Of a stretch of DNA of 64,000 nt, positions 1-11,709 are shown in pieces. Numbering within the stretch: the stretch's first letter is position 1; each line of letters opens with the position of its first letter. The DNA lies in the NCBI GenBank assembly GCA_964016885.1, contig OZ024763.1, positions 7,316,001-7,380,000 on the forward strand, read 5' to 3'. The translations under genes were made by a program, and so were the position numbers. The notes beneath the pieces were generated by a model. The model ran no database searches. It was not told the origin of the DNA and saw nothing but the letters and a program-made list of their open reading frames with translations. The DNA is from Eledone cirrhosa. Lineage: Eukaryota.

Positions 1-256
1 CACTCTCGCCATGTTTGTCCCCCACACACACACTTTCGCCATGTTTGTCCCCCCCACCACACTCTCGCCATGTTTGCACCCCACCACACTCTCGCCATGT
101 TTACCCCCACCCCCCACCGCTCTCTTCATGTTAGCCATATTACCTCCACATTGTTGATGTTAACCCTATATTCTCTAAATTAACCCCCACACAAAAAATT
201 ACCCCCCTACTCACACACACACCGTTCATATAACAAATATTGTTTTAATTTTGTAG

Positions 257-440
257 TGACCCAGTCCCGTCCTGGCAACCTTACAGAAGAAGGGGACGTC
301 ATTGTTCTGGCTGACCACACCAATACCCACCCATTTGCCCTCTGTCAACATAAACGTAAATATTATCTGAGATTGGTCTGGCTGTCTACCATCTCCAGTT
401 TAAACTGACCGGAGATGGTAAACAACACTGTATATCTATG
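257..440 (+). pseudogene. Exon A of an unidentified spliced gene fragment (1-bp frameshift)
   Basis: Acceptor ttttgtag and donor ATG|gtaagt. Reads VTQSRPGNLTEEGDVIVLADHTNTHPFALCQHKRK, then after a 1-bp shift ILSEIGLAVYHLQFKLTGDGKQHCISM, ending in phase 0. Confidence 0.55.
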
Positions 441-502
441 GTAAGTATTGTTGGTTTATATTAAGGCTGTGTATATGTGTTTGTGTGTGTGTTTGTGTGT
501 AT

Positions 503-729
503 TTAACACTTTAGCATTCACATTACTCTATATCTACTATCGTATTTTTACAGTGAAGACTTGATCTCCCATAATTATTCACATCGAATCTGAGATTTTG
601 ATGATGATATTATTTACTTTGAAAACAATATCTTAACATCAGTATGTGTGGCTAGTTACGGTCGGTTTGAACAGAAAGAGGTGAGAGAATTTTGGCCAGA
701 TATGGCCGGTTTAAATGTTAAAGGGTTAA
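503..729. mobile_element. Non-autonomous piggyBac-like MITE (also 35694-35920)
   Basis: TTAA at both ends, with terminal inverted repeats c(a)ctttagcatt / aatgttaaaggg. Confidence 0.65.
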
Positions 730-1061
730 ACATGCGTATGTGTTCTCTCCCGGTCTCTGTCTCTCTCTCTGAAGAGATGGGCTCCACCAGGTTTATAAAT
801 GCCCAAGGCACACTCTACATCTCTATGGCGCCCCGACTCCTCCAAGAGTTGGGGTACACACACACATACACATGTGCAAGTAGAAGGGAGAGAGAACGTG
901 AGATGGGAGACACACATACATGTATGTGTCTCTCCCATCTCAGGTTCTCTCTCTCTTCTACTTACACACACGCACACACACACACACACAATCTACATTC
1001 TCCCTCCCTTCCTTCCCTCAGCCACAATAACCTTCCACCACCACAAAAATTCAGCCACAAA

Positions 1062-1144
1062 TACAGGGTGACCCCCCAAAATCCATACACATATTTATTA
1101 GAATATTGTTGAAGCGTGTATACATTTTTTGGGGACACCCTGTA
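1062..1144. mobile_element. Tc1/mariner-type mini-MITE (also 36278-36360)
   Basis: TA-CAGGGTGacccccc-aaaat..atacac ... gtgtat..atttt-ttggggaCACCCTG-TA, i.e. ~27-bp TIRs with a TA target duplication. Confidence 0.75.
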
Positions 1145-1218
1145 TATGATACATAAACTAAATAAATAAAACTAATAAATTAACCTTCTGACCCCTGGTG
1201 GTATTTCTTTCTTAGTAG

Positions 1219-1361
1219 GAGGAAACAACTGGTCACTACCAAATAGAAATTTATGTGCCAGAGGGAAGGAGTGATGCTATTGATCAAACACAAGCCAGGA
1301 GTATCATCTGCCCCTCTCCTGTACTGAAGGAGTCTACCAGTGTTGATGGTTATACCAACAG
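1219..1361 (+). pseudogene. Exon B of the same gene fragment
   Basis: Acceptor tttctttcttagtag and donor AG|gtttgt. 47 open codons (EETTGHYQIEIYVPEGRSDAIDQTQARSIICPSPVLKESTSVDGYTN), phase 0 in and phase 2 out, compatible with exon A. Confidence 0.6.
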
Positions 1362-1421
1362 GTTTGTTATATCTATATAATCTATACATATTAGTATATT
1401 GGTCAAGTCGTATATTTGATT

Positions 1422-1470
<49 letters not shown>

Positions 1471-1484
1471 ATATATCTTTTCAT

Positions 1485-1940
1485 ACGTCTGAGTTTTCCT
1501 GCTTGCAAGGGTGGGACGGGTCCTATTCAGCACAACGTGTCTCCATCGTTACTGTCCTTCGTCGTCATCTGTGAGTTTCAGCGATCTGAGGTCAGCTCTC
1601 ACCACTCCTGCCCATGATTTTCGTGGTCTTCCTCTACTGCATCTTCCTTCTACTGGGATTTCTTGGCACTTCTTTACCCAGCGGTCATCCTCCATGCGCA
1701 TCACATGTCCATACCATCGCAGTCTTCCCTCCGGCACACGACAATTTATCCCTCTTATACCCAGTTTCTTTTTCAACTCGTCTATACTTGGTCGTTCACA
1801 CACATTGACATTGCACATCCAACGGAGCATGCTTGATTCATTTCTCTCCAGCCGTCTCATATCCTCCGCAGTTACTGCCCATCTCACACAGGCATCATAT
1901 AACTGGATTTTCGTTCGTAGGGAGAAACCCTTTGTCAACA
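1485..1940 (-). mobile_element. RTE-clade LINE 3' fragment (C-terminus of the RT ORF)
   Basis: ORF 1549-1938 contains MLRWMC..., RLRWYGHVMRMEDDRWVKK and GRCSRGRPRKSW, the typical RTE C-terminal motifs. Confidence 0.9.
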
Positions 1941-1945
1941 GAATG

Positions 1946-2057
1946 ATATAGAAATGACTTCTACAGGACTAGAACTTTCATTTCAAGGAAATCGGGGCTT
2001 TCCTAATGATTTCCTTCGAATGAAATATTCCTAGTCCTGTAGAAGCTATTTCTATAT
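1946..2057. mobile_element. Penelope-like inverted terminal remnant with a degenerate hammerhead core (also ~37154-37265)
   Basis: Hairpin atatagaaat-g-acttctacaggactag...ctagtcctgtagaag-c-tatttctatat. The plus strand has CTAATGA...GAAAT (mutated CTGATGA...GAAAC). Homologous to 26628-26722. Confidence 0.55.
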
Positions 2058-2150
2058 TATATTTTGTATATACTCTACTAATGTATTGAGTACTTTACCT
2101 ACTGTGGTTTCCCCCTCGATTGAACCCGAGACTCTCTCACACACACACAC

Positions 2151-2186
<36 letters not shown>

Positions 2187-2189
2187 CAC

Positions 2190-2355
2190 AATTTAATGTC
2201 CAGTTTTCTACGCTTGCATGGGTTAGACGAGTTGTCCTATTGTGGGCAATGCCAGGTCAGGTGACCATGTTTTGCTCATACAGAACTGATCTTGGCTTCG
2301 CTTTAACAGCTGGAAGCCTTTCCAAACGCTAACCACATTTACAGTGAGTACTGTT
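2190..2355 (-). mobile_element. Degenerate RTE-related 3' UTR or SINE fragment
   Basis: tttaatgtccagttttctacgcttgcatgggttagacg resembles the RTE end at ~1485-1520, and cagctggaagcctttccaaacgctaaccac resembles a common RTE-associated motif. Confidence 0.45.
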
Positions 2356-2694
2356 TATTTTGTATGTCGTGACCCCTACACCTTGGTCAAAATCAGTGAC
2401 TCCTACACCTTGGTCGGAGCAGTGATCTCTAGTTTTCTTTCAAACTATATTTTTTTATTTAAATTTAATTAAAAGAAATTTTATTAGATTTAGTTTCGGA
2501 TAATTCTGTTTACATAAATAGCAAATCTTTTGATAATTTATGTAAAGTAAATATTGTATATACTTGTATATATGTCGATAAATGTGACAAAATATTGATG
2601 GTAAAATAGGGGGGAGGACTTGTCTTCGAGGTCAATATTTTGATTTCACCAACTTAAAAATTATATGTAAATGAGGTGCTATAATATTTTCTCT

Positions 2695-3977
2695 TTGGAG
2701 ATGAATGTTGCACCAGTTTCACTTTGGAGGTGAATATTACACCAGTTTCACTTTGGAATATTACACCAGTTTCACTTTGTAGGTGAATATTGCACCAGTT
2801 TCACTTTGGTGGTGGATATATTACACCAGTTTCACTTTGGAATATTACACCAGTTTACACTTTGGAGGTGAATATTACACCAGTTTCACTTTGGAATATT
2901 ACACCAGTTTCACTTTGGAATATTACACCAGTTTCATTTTGGAATATTACACCAGTTTCACTTTGGAATATTGCACCAGTTTCACTTTGGAGGTGGATAT
3001 TACACCAGTTTCACTTTGCAGGTGAATATATTACACCAGTTTCACTTTGGTGGTGGATATATTACACCAGTTTCACTTTGGAGGTGAATATTTCACAAGT
3101 TTCACTTTGGAATATTACATCAGTTTCACTTTGGAATATTACACCAGTTTACACTTTGGAGGTGAATATTACACCAGTTTACACTTTGGAGGTGAATATT
3201 ACACCAGTTTCACTTTGGAATATTACACCAGTTTCACTTTAGAATATTACGCCAGTTTCACTTTAGAATATTACACCAGTTTCACTTTGGATATATTACA
3301 CCAGTTTCACTTTGGATATATTACACCAGTTTCACTTTGGATATATTACACCAGTTTCACTTTGGATATATTACACCAGTTTCACTTTGGATGTGGATAT
3401 ATTACACCAGTTTCACTTTGCAGGTGAATATATTATACCAGTTTCACTTTGGATGTGGATATATTACACCAGTTTCACTTTGCAGGTGGATATATTACAT
3501 CAGTTTCACTTTGCAGGTGGATATATTACATCAGTTTACACTTTGGAGGTGAATATTACACCATTTTCACTTTGGAATATTACACCAGTTTACACGTTGG
3601 AGGTGAATATTACACCATTTTACACTTTGGAGGTGAATATTACACCAGTTTCACTTTAGAATATTACACCAGTTTCACTTTAGAATATTACACCAGTTTC
3701 ACTTTAGAATATTACACCAGTTTCACTTTGCAGGTGAATATGTTACACCAGTTTCACTTTGGTGGTGGATATATTACACCAGTTTCACTTTGGAGGTGAA
3801 TATTTCACCAGTTTCACTTTGGAATATTACACCAGTTTACACTTTGGAGGTGAATATATTACACCAGTTTCACTTTGGATGTGGATATATTACACCAGTT
3901 TCACTTTGCAGGTGAATATATTACACCAGTTTCACTTTGGTGGTGGATATATTACACCAGTTTCAATTTGGAGGTGA
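2695..3977. repeat. Minisatellite with core ATATTACACCAGTTTCACTTTG and 24-31-bp units
   Basis: Several dozen tandem units joined by short linkers (GA, GAT, GAGGTGA, CAGGTGAAT, GTGGTGGAT). Confidence 0.95.
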
Positions 3978-4571
3978 AATTTATATTTGCTATTATATTT
4001 GATGATTTTAATGAATATGACCTTGAAATCAATCAGAAAATGGTAACTCATTACATAAAGAAGTGAAATAAAAACTATACTCTAAATGACACTTAAAACA
4101 TTTTAAATATCAAAATATTAAAACTTCATAAATATATTCTCCACTCATGAGAATTTCAAAACTGTCGTCTGTTGATTAGCCACCATGGCTTATAAATGGG
4201 GTTTGGATTCTGTCCTATTTCTCAATTATAAGCCGATCCCTTTTTTATTTGACTATATATAGTAATTAGGGCAAGTTAATTTAGGGTCTTTTAAAGATTG
4301 TGTGACTCCTTTTTACTCCAGTCCACTCATTAACACAGCACATTAAACACTCACACATACACACAATTACACCACACCCTCGTTACACACCACATACTCC
4401 ACACATGTACTCACACACCATGTGCACACACCACGCCATACACATCACTCACCACACATTATGTTCAACACATTATACTCTACACACTACACAACGCACA
4501 TTACCTTCTACACACCACACCACACACATCACCTTCTACATACCACACCACACATATCACCACACTACACC

Positions 4572-4722
4572 GTCGGACGCTATGCTTTGACGCATAGAAT
4601 TACGCCCCTTTCCATTCTGAGTTCAAATCCGGCCGAGGTTAACTGTCTTTCATCATTACGGGGTCGATAAAATAAATTACCAGTGGGTAATTGCTGGACT
4701 TGTGCCAAAAGTAGAAACAATT
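4572..4722 (+). mobile_element. tRNA-derived SINE, 5'-truncated (also 39851-40002)
   Basis: B box gagttcaaatcc, central gccgaggttaactg...tttcatc...ggggtcgataaaataa..taccag, and tail cttgtgccaaaagtagaaacaat. Confidence 0.85.
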
Positions 4723-4860
4723 ATATTAGTTTCTGTATATTTTCTATCTTGTGTAGTTATCATGTCGAGTCATTCCTATAATTGTAAAATCTAAAAGTAC
4801 TGTCAAACTTTATTTGACATCACAAAAAAGTAAGTCTTACATGTTTTCCTATTTCTCAGC

Positions 4861-5529
4861 TCTCTCCATCCCTCTCTCTCTACATCCATCCCTACCCCCT
4901 CTCTCTCCATCCATCCCTACCCCCTCTCTCTCCATCCATCCCTCTCTCTACATACATCCCTCTCCCTCTCTCTCCATCCATCCCTCTCTCTCTCCATCCA
5001 TCCCTCTCTCTCTACATACATCCCTCTCCCTCTCTCTCCAACCCTCTCTCTCTACATACATCCCTCTCCCTCTCTCTCCATCCCTCTCTTTCTACATACA
5101 TCCCTCTCACTCTCTCTCCATCCCTCTCCCTCTCTCTCCCTCCATTCCTCTCTCTCTCTCTCCATCCATCCCTCTCTCTCTCTCTCTCTCTCCTTCCATC
5201 CCTCTCTCTATCCATCCCTCTCTCTCCTTCCATGCCTCTCACTCTCTCTATATATCTCTCTCCATCCATCTCTCTCTCCATCCATCCCCCTCTCTCTCCA
5301 TCTATCCCTCCCTCTCTCCATCCCTCTCTCTCTCCATACATCCCTCCCTCTCTCTCCATCCCTCTCTCTCTCCATCCATCCCTCTCCCTCCATCCCTCTC
5401 CCTCTCTCTCCATCCCTCTCCCTCTCTCTCCATCCCTCTCTCTCTCTCTCTCCATCCACCCCCTCTCTCTATCCATCCATCCCTACTCCCTCTCTCCATC
5501 CACCCCTCTCTCTCTCCTTCCATCCGTTT

Positions 5530-5560
<31 letters not shown>

Positions 5561-8518
5561 ATCCATCCCTCTCTCTATCCATGCCTCTCTCCTTCCATGC
5601 CTCTCACTCTCCATCCATCTCTCTCTCCATCCATCCCCCTCTCCATCCATCCCCCTCTCCATCCATCCCCCTCTTTCTCTCCATGTATCCCTCTCTCTCC
5701 ATCCCTCTCTCTACATACATCCCTCTCCCTCTCTCTCCATCCATCCCTCTCTCTCTCTCCTTCCATCCCTTCCCCCCTCTCTCTTCCTCTCTCTCTTCCT
5801 CTCCTTCCATCCCTCTCTCTACATCCATCCCTCTCTCTATATATATCTCTCTCTCCATCCATCCCCCTCTCTCTCTCTCCATCCCCCTCTCTCTCCTTCC
5901 ATGCCTCTCACTCTCTATATATCTCTCTCCATATATCTCTCTCCATCCATCCCTCTCTCTCTCTCCTTCCATTCCTCTCTCTATCCATCCATCCCTACTC
6001 CCTCTCTCTCTATACATCCCTCTCTCTCCATCCATCCCTCTCCCTCTCTCTCTCACTCTCTCCTTCCATTCCTCTCTGTATCCATCCATCCATCCCCCTC
6101 CCCCCCTCTCTCTCTCTCTCTCTCCTTCCATCCCTCTCCCTCTCTATACATCTCTCTCTCTACATCCATCCCTCTCCCTCTCTACATCCATCCCTCTCTC
6201 TCCTTCCATGCCTCTCACTCTCTATATATATCTCTCCATCCCTACTCCCTCTCTCTCCATCCCCCTCTCTCTCTCCTTCCATTCCTCTCCTTCCATCTCT
6301 CTCTCTCTCTCCATCCATCCCTCTCCCGCTCTCCATCCTACTCCCTCTCTCTCTCTCCATCCTACTCCCTTTCTCTCTCTCCATCCATCCCCCTCTCTCT
6401 CTCTCCATCCTACTCCCTCTCTATCCATCCATCCCTCTCTCTCTCTCCTTCCATCCGTTTCCCCCCCTCTCTCTCTCTCTCCCTCTCTCTATCCATCCCT
6501 CTCTCCTTCCATGCCTCACACTCTCTCTATATATCTCTCTCCATCCATCACCCTCTCTCTCCATCCCCCTCTCTCTCCTTCCATCCATCTCTCTCTCCTT
6601 CCATCTCCCTCTCTCTCTCCATCCATCACCCTTTCTCTCTCTCTCTCCATCCATCACCCTCTCTCTCCATCCATCCCCCTCTCTCTCTCCATCCTACTCC
6701 CTCTCCTTCCATCCGTTTCCCCCTCTCTCTCTCTGTCTCTCTCTCTACATCCATCCCTCTCTCTCCTTCCATCCCTCTCTCCATCTCTCTCTCTCCATCC
6801 TTCTCTCTCCATCCATCCCTCTCCCTCTCTCCATCTCCCTCTCTATCCATCTCTCTCTCTCTCTACATCCATCCCTCTCTATCCATCCCTCTCTCTCCTT
6901 CCATGCCTCTCACTCTCTATATATATCTCTCTCTATCCATCTCTCTCTCCATCCATCCCCCTCTCTCTCTCTCCTTCCATTCCCCTCTCTCCATTCCTCT
7001 CTCTCTCTTCCTCTCCTTCCATGCCTCTCTCTCCATCCATCCATCTCCCTCTCTCCTTCCATTCCTCTCCTTCCATCCCTCTCTCTCTCTCTACATCCAT
7101 CCCTCTCTACATCCATCCCTCTCTCTCCTTCCATGCCTCTCTCTCTCTCTCCATCCATCCCTCTCTCTCTCCTTCCATCCCTCTCCTTCCATCCCTCTAC
7201 ATCCATCCCTCTCTCTCTCTCTACATCCATCCCTCTCTACATCCATCCCTCTCTCTCCTTCCATGCCTCTCTCTCTCTCCATCCATCCCTCTCTCTCTCC
7301 TTCCATCCCTTTCCCCCCTCTCTCTTCCTCTCTTCCTCTCCATCCAACCCTCTCTCTTCCTCTCCTTCCATGCCTCTCTCTCCTTCCATCCCTCTCTCTC
7401 CATCCATCCCCCTCTCTCCATCCATCCCCCTCTCCATCCATCCATCCCTCTCTCTCTCTCTCTCCTTCCATCCCTCTCTCTCTCCTTCCATCCCTCTCTC
7501 TCTCCTTCCATCCCTCTCTCTCTCCTTCCATCCCTCTCCCTCTCCTTCCATCCCTCTCCCTCTCTCTCCATCCCTCTCCCTCTCTCTCCATCCCTCTCCC
7601 TCTCTCTCCATCCCTCTCCCTCTCTCCTTCCATGCCTCACACTCTCTCTATATATCTCTCTCCATCCATCCCTCTCTCCCTCTCCATCCCCCCCTCTCTC
7701 TCTCCATCCCCCCCTCTCTCTCTCCATCCCCCCTCTCTCTCTCCATCCCCCTCTCTCTCTCCATCCACCCCTCTCTCCTTCCATCCGTTTCCCCCCTCTC
7801 TCTCTCTCTCTTCCGCTCCATCCATCCCTCTCTCCTTCCATCTCTCTCTCTCTCCTTCCATCCCTCTCTATACATCTCTCTCTCTCCATCCTACTCCCTC
7901 TCTCTATCCATCCATCCCTACTCCCTCTCTCTATCCATCCACCCCTCTCTCTCTCCATCCCCCTCTCTCTCTCCATCCTACTCCCTCTCTCTCTCTCTTC
8001 CTCTTTCCTTCCATCCCTCTCTCTCTCTTCCCCTCTCTCTCTCCATCCATCCCTCTCCTTCCATGCCTCTCTCTCTCTAGATCCCTCTCTTTCTCTCTCT
8101 CCATCCCCCTCTCTCTCTCCTTCCATCTCTCTCTCTCTCTCCATCCATCACCCCCTCTCTCTCTCTCCTACTCCCTCTCTCTATCCATCCATCCTACTCC
8201 CTCTCTCTATCCATCCATCCCTACTCCCTCTCTCCATCCACCCCTCTCTCTCTCTCTCTCCTTCCATCACCCTCTCTCTCTCCTTCCATCCCTCTCTCTC
8301 TCCTTCCATCCCTCTCCCTCTCTCTCTCTCTCGCCATCCATCCCTCTCTCTATCCATCCCTCTCTCTCTCTCTACTTCCATGCCCCTCTCTCTATCCATC
8401 CATCCCTACTCCCTCTCTCTCCATCCATCCCTCTCTCTCTCTCCTTCCATCCCTTTCCCCCTCTCTCTTTCATCCCTCTCTCTCTCTCCTTCCATCCCTC
8501 TCTCTCTCTCCTTCCATG

Positions 8519-8572
<54 letters not shown>

Positions 8573-9046
8573 CATCCCTCTCTCTCTCCCTCTATCTCCA
8601 TCCCTCTCCCTCTCTCTCTCCTTCCATTCCTCTCTCTATCCATCCATCCCCCTCCCCCCCTCATCCCTCTCCCTCTCTCCTTCCATGCCTCTCTCTCCTT
8701 CCTCTCTCCATCCATCCCCCCCTCTCTCCATCCATCCCCCTCTCTCTCTCCATCCCCCCTCTCTCCATCCATCCCCCTCTCTCTCTCTCCATCCATCCCT
8801 ACTCCCTCTCTCTCCATCCATTCCTCTCTCTATCCATCCATCCCTACCCTCTCTCTCTCTCTCTCTCCATCCATCCCTCTCACTCTCTATATATCTCTCT
8901 CCATCCATCCCTCTCTCTCTCTTCCTCTCCATCCATCCATCCATCCCTCTCTCTCTCTCTTCGTCTCCATCCATCCCTCTCTCCTTCCATCCCTCTCTCT
9001 CTCCATCCATCCCTCTCTCTCTCCATCCATCCCCCCCTCCTCTCCT
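4861..9046. repeat. ~4.2-kb compound (CT)n/(CCAT)n pyrimidine-rich satellite
   Basis: Almost G-free plus strand built from ctct, ccat, tccttccat and cctactcc modules. Confidence 0.97.
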
Positions 9047-9133
9047 CGCCGTCATATATATATACTTTTTTCCTATTACCTACTCTACTAGTATTGAGTA
9101 CTCTGCTGCGTTCTGTTCCATATGGTTCCTTCG

Positions 9134-9196
<63 letters not shown>

Positions 9197-9784
9197 GAGA
9201 GAGAAATGTATGTGTGCTCTGTTACGTGGTCAACTAACTGGCTGGTGCTCAGCTAAGTAAGAAGCTAAAACTGGCAGAACTTGCGGTCGAATCGCCACCT
9301 AGTGTCAGACGTTGTAGTAACATTACATTCCCCTTTCCACTTCTATATCTTCGGTGAGGGAGGGGGGGGGGGAGTAATTGTGTCATAGAAAAATCACCCT
9401 CCCCTTCCCCGTTGTATTTCTATAGAGAGAGAGAGAGAGAGAAGTGGTTGAGGTTACAGAAATATTACCTTCCCCTCTCCACTTACTTTGGTAAGTCCAA
9501 GAGAACCACTGTTGCTATAGAAACATTACCACGTGCCACCAGAGACCAGTTTCTGGCGGTTTCCTTCTCTCAACTGTCACCTCTTAGAGACTTTCATATT
9601 TGCCAGTATATATAATATATTCTATATAATATACATACCATATATTACAATATAATAGAATATTTACTGTTTATTATACAATATATATAATGTATATTGT
9701 GTATATAATATTTATTATAATATACAATATATATTTAAATAATATTTATAATATATATTATATTATATTATAAATATGTTTCAG

Positions 9785-9857
9785 GCAGGACCTGCTGGAA
9801 GGCAAGTTAGACGAGTTACCACCACGTGACCCTGCTTGGAATATGTTGGCAAACTAG
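9785..9857 (+). pseudogene. Candidate exon C (terminal or prematurely stopped)
   Basis: Acceptor tgtttcag|G completes the AGG codon from exon B. Reads RQDLLEGKLDELPPRDPAWNMLAN*. Confidence 0.45.
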
Positions 9858-9949
9858 AAGAAAATATATATAGGATATATTCTAGGGACAAGACAGGCAG
9901 ACAGGCACACCGTACAAGACTGCACAACCTACTACACTACACCACGGCC

Positions 9950-9954
9950 CTGCC

Positions 9955-9990
<36 letters not shown>

Positions 9991-10355
9991 TCCTCTCTCT
10001 CTATCCATTTCTCTCTCTCTCCATCCATCTCCCTTGTTTCTCTTCTCTCTCTCATCTCTCTTGTTTCTCTCTTCTCTCTCTCATCTCGTTTCTCTAATCT
10101 CTCGTTTCTCTCCCTTCTCTCTCTCCTTTCTCTGTCTCTCCTCTCTATTGTTTCTCTAGTCTCTCCCTCCTCTCTCTCTTCCCTCCTCCCCTCACTCCTT
10201 TCTCCCTCCCCTCACTCCTTTCTCCCTCCTCTCTCCCTCCCTCTCTCACTTTGTTTTTCTCCTCTCTCTCTTCCTTCTCTCATCTCTCTCTCTCCCCTCT
10301 CCCCCATCTCTGTCTCATTTCTCTCATTTCTCCTCACTCTCTCGTGTTTCTCTCA
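9950..10355. repeat. CT-rich low-complexity tract (longer at 46515-47025)
   Basis: (CT)n with tcatct and ttgttt modules. Confidence 0.9.
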
Positions 10356-11613
10356 GAAGAATATGTAAGAATTGGAAGATGGCTAACCATGATGAAGCAA
10401 AACAGCGAGACGGATAATGGAAATAATAAAACGTTCTTTTTCTTAACTAAATGCTGAAAAATCTAAGACAGGATAAAAATATAAAGACTATTTAAATATT
10501 AGTACACTATTCCATATAAATGTCAAGACTTGAAAATATCAACATTAGTTCACCATACCAAGGATAAACACTTTGATTAATCTCCTCCAAAGTTGTAATT
10601 CTAACGAGTGACATGATAGTACAATGGTCATCTCTTCTTATATTTCTATGTATAACATAACAATGCTCCTTACATTTATCCCAGGTATATGGAGGGATAT
10701 TCCGATGTCTATTGTTTGTAAAATAATGCAATAAGGAAACGCCATCATCCAGTAAACTTTAGTAATACTCCAATAACGTCTCAGCCGCAATTTACGGTAG
10801 AAAATAGTAAGAAAAATAAAAGTCACACTCAGCAGTTCATGCAGTGAAAACAAACAATAACAATATTATTACTAAATAATTATAATTTCTTACATTCAAT
10901 AATTCTTTTTCTTAAACACGTAATTTATTTCAAATTTGTCGTATAATATATATACTGTTTGTGTGTCTTTGTTTGTCAAGTGATTGACGGAGAAGCCGAT
11001 CGATTAAATTGAACCTATAAAAATGACTGGTACTCTATTTTTCTGCTATAAAATTGTAAATTAATATCCACCGAGAACACAAAGGTGGTGTAATATCATT
11101 TAAAAATTAGAAATTGAGTTATAAATATGTGTGTTCAGGGTTGTTGGTATTAAGTAACATAAAATGTCGTTAGGAGTTCAATATTTAGCTGGGGATATAG
11201 AATTTCTTTAAATTATTTCTTGTACCAGTAGCGAACTGGGATCGAAACCATTATGTTATTCGGACGAAAGAAATATACAAGCTTAGCTCAATCTAGTTGG
11301 AGTTACGGGACATTACTGCAAAGCACATCACTGTAGGTTCCAATCTTACATTGATAAAAGTGACGTTTAGCAATTTATTTGTAAGTCGCACACAGGATTT
11401 AGGTATGGCAGATTTGAAATTAGTGAACATTATTGCAGACGAAGTCATTGTAGGTTCAAATCAACACTAGGGCGTTAAGAAATAAAATGAATATTTACTT
11501 CATGAAAGACAAAGTCGACCCTTTCTAATAACAGCAACACTAAGAAAGGCATGAACGCCACAGTAAGTACGGTACTCAATATATATCAGAGTATAAATAT
11601 TTCATATAGAAAT

Positions 11614-11709
11614 GTCTTCTACGGGACTAGAACTGTTTCATTCGGAAAAAAATCATCAGGAAAGCCCTTGATTTCTTTCGAATGAAACCGTTCTAGTCCT
11701 GCAGAAGCC
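11614..11709 (-). mobile_element. Penelope-like inverted end with a hammerhead-like motif (also ~48305-48400)
   Basis: Minus strand gggctttc-CTGATGA-...-GAAACAG-ttctagtc-ccGTA-gaagac, with one stem III mismatch. Paralog of 26628. Confidence 0.5.

Noticed and set aside
648-1112. 154-aa ORF and overlapping ORFs
   Set aside because: They run through a MITE and CA/CT microsatellites and are truncated differently in copy 2.
1511-1951. 146-aa plus-strand ORF
   Set aside because: It is the antisense shadow of the RTE LINE fragment.
2695-3977. CRISPR-like array
   Set aside because: The linkers are 2-9 nt and drawn from a few recurring types, not unique 25-45-nt spacers. There are no cas genes and the context is eukaryotic.
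2783-4066. Repetitive protein (EYYTSFTL)n
   Set aside because: Frames switch with linker length and there is no credible start or splice context, so this is a minisatellite artefact.
4814-9260. 1000-1800-aa S/L/P/I/H-rich ORFs and E/R/G-rich antisense ORFs (also 40094-45818)
   Set aside because: They are translations of the CT/CCAT satellite, which rarely forms stop codons. All frames are open and the two copies are not collinear.
11280-11475. Mitochondrial or bacterial tRNA cluster (NUMT or HGT)
   Set aside because: Only GGTTCAAATC-like motifs are present, with no foldable tRNA and no adjacent organellar or bacterial genes.
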